The notes under the pieces: model-generated | Database searches by the model: none | The model's input: the letters and a program-made list of their open reading frames with translations, nothing else | Told to the model about the DNA's origin: nothing | Shown here: in pieces, positions 63,830 to 64,000 of the stretch | How positions within the stretch are numbered: the first letter of the stretch is position 1 | Layout: every line of letters begins with the position of its first letter | Source: a virus | Taxonomy: Duplodnaviria > Caudoviricetes | Length of the DNA: 64,000 nt | IMG/VR virus record: IMGVR_UViG_3300028888_000053 | Span: 32,001 to 96,000 of that record | Direction: 5' to 3' (one strand) | Made by a program: the position numbers and the translations under genes

Positions 63830-64000
63830 AAAACTAATGCGTTAATGTCTCTAAATCTAAATAATCTAAGTAATATTCATCATCTCTCTTTATAACCTGT
63901 TTTATGGAATATACATCCATATCTTCTATGTTATCTTTGATAACTATATCAGAATAAGCACACCAGATATTATTTATAGGAATACTTATAATAACATTAT
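63795..64000 (-). CDS. 3' end of a hypothetical protein (partial)
   Basis: Open frame from the right edge to TAA 63795, with one TAG. Confidence 0.5.

Noticed and set aside
641-63845. The other short plus-strand ORFs and off-frame minus-strand ORFs in the track (e.g. 2622..2855, 27477..27776, 51374..51859)
   Set aside because: They overlap longer code-15 genes in another frame or strand and lack protein-like motifs.
1-64000. Interpreting the fragmented ORFs as pseudogenes or a decayed prophage
   Set aside because: Interruptions are TAG only, with no frameshifts found, and essential genes such as the MCP are affected. Recoding explains this better.

Overview
AT-rich 64 kb segment of a crAss-like (Crassvirales-type) phage genome covering the virion structure and assembly region. 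Essentially all genes lie on the minus strand. TAG is recoded as a sense codon, most likely Gln (genetic code 15): the short ORF-track fragments join into long, same-frame genes across in-frame TAGs, and the genes end in TAA or TGA. In transcription order (right to left) the window holds a ~28 kb fibre/adhesin cluster (CotH-kinase-like + LRR giant, LamG, dockerin-like, propeller-tipped fibres) with three glycosyltransferase-like genes in or beside it, a conserved small-gene cluster, scaffold, major capsid protein, a post-MCP gene, ring proteins, auxiliary capsid protein, muzzle/stabilisation protein and cargo-type proteins. Two features stand out. (1) A tail-ring protein gene appears split into two separately initiated ORFs 7.2 kb apart: the N-half is fused to a BACON + adaptor module, and a 2,347-aa repeat fibre gene sits between the halves. 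(2) A TAG-containing Zn-dependent alcohol dehydrogenase is embedded among the cargo genes. All annotations come from manual translation and motif recognition. The longest ORFs were checked through frame congruence and spot checks, not codon by codon.
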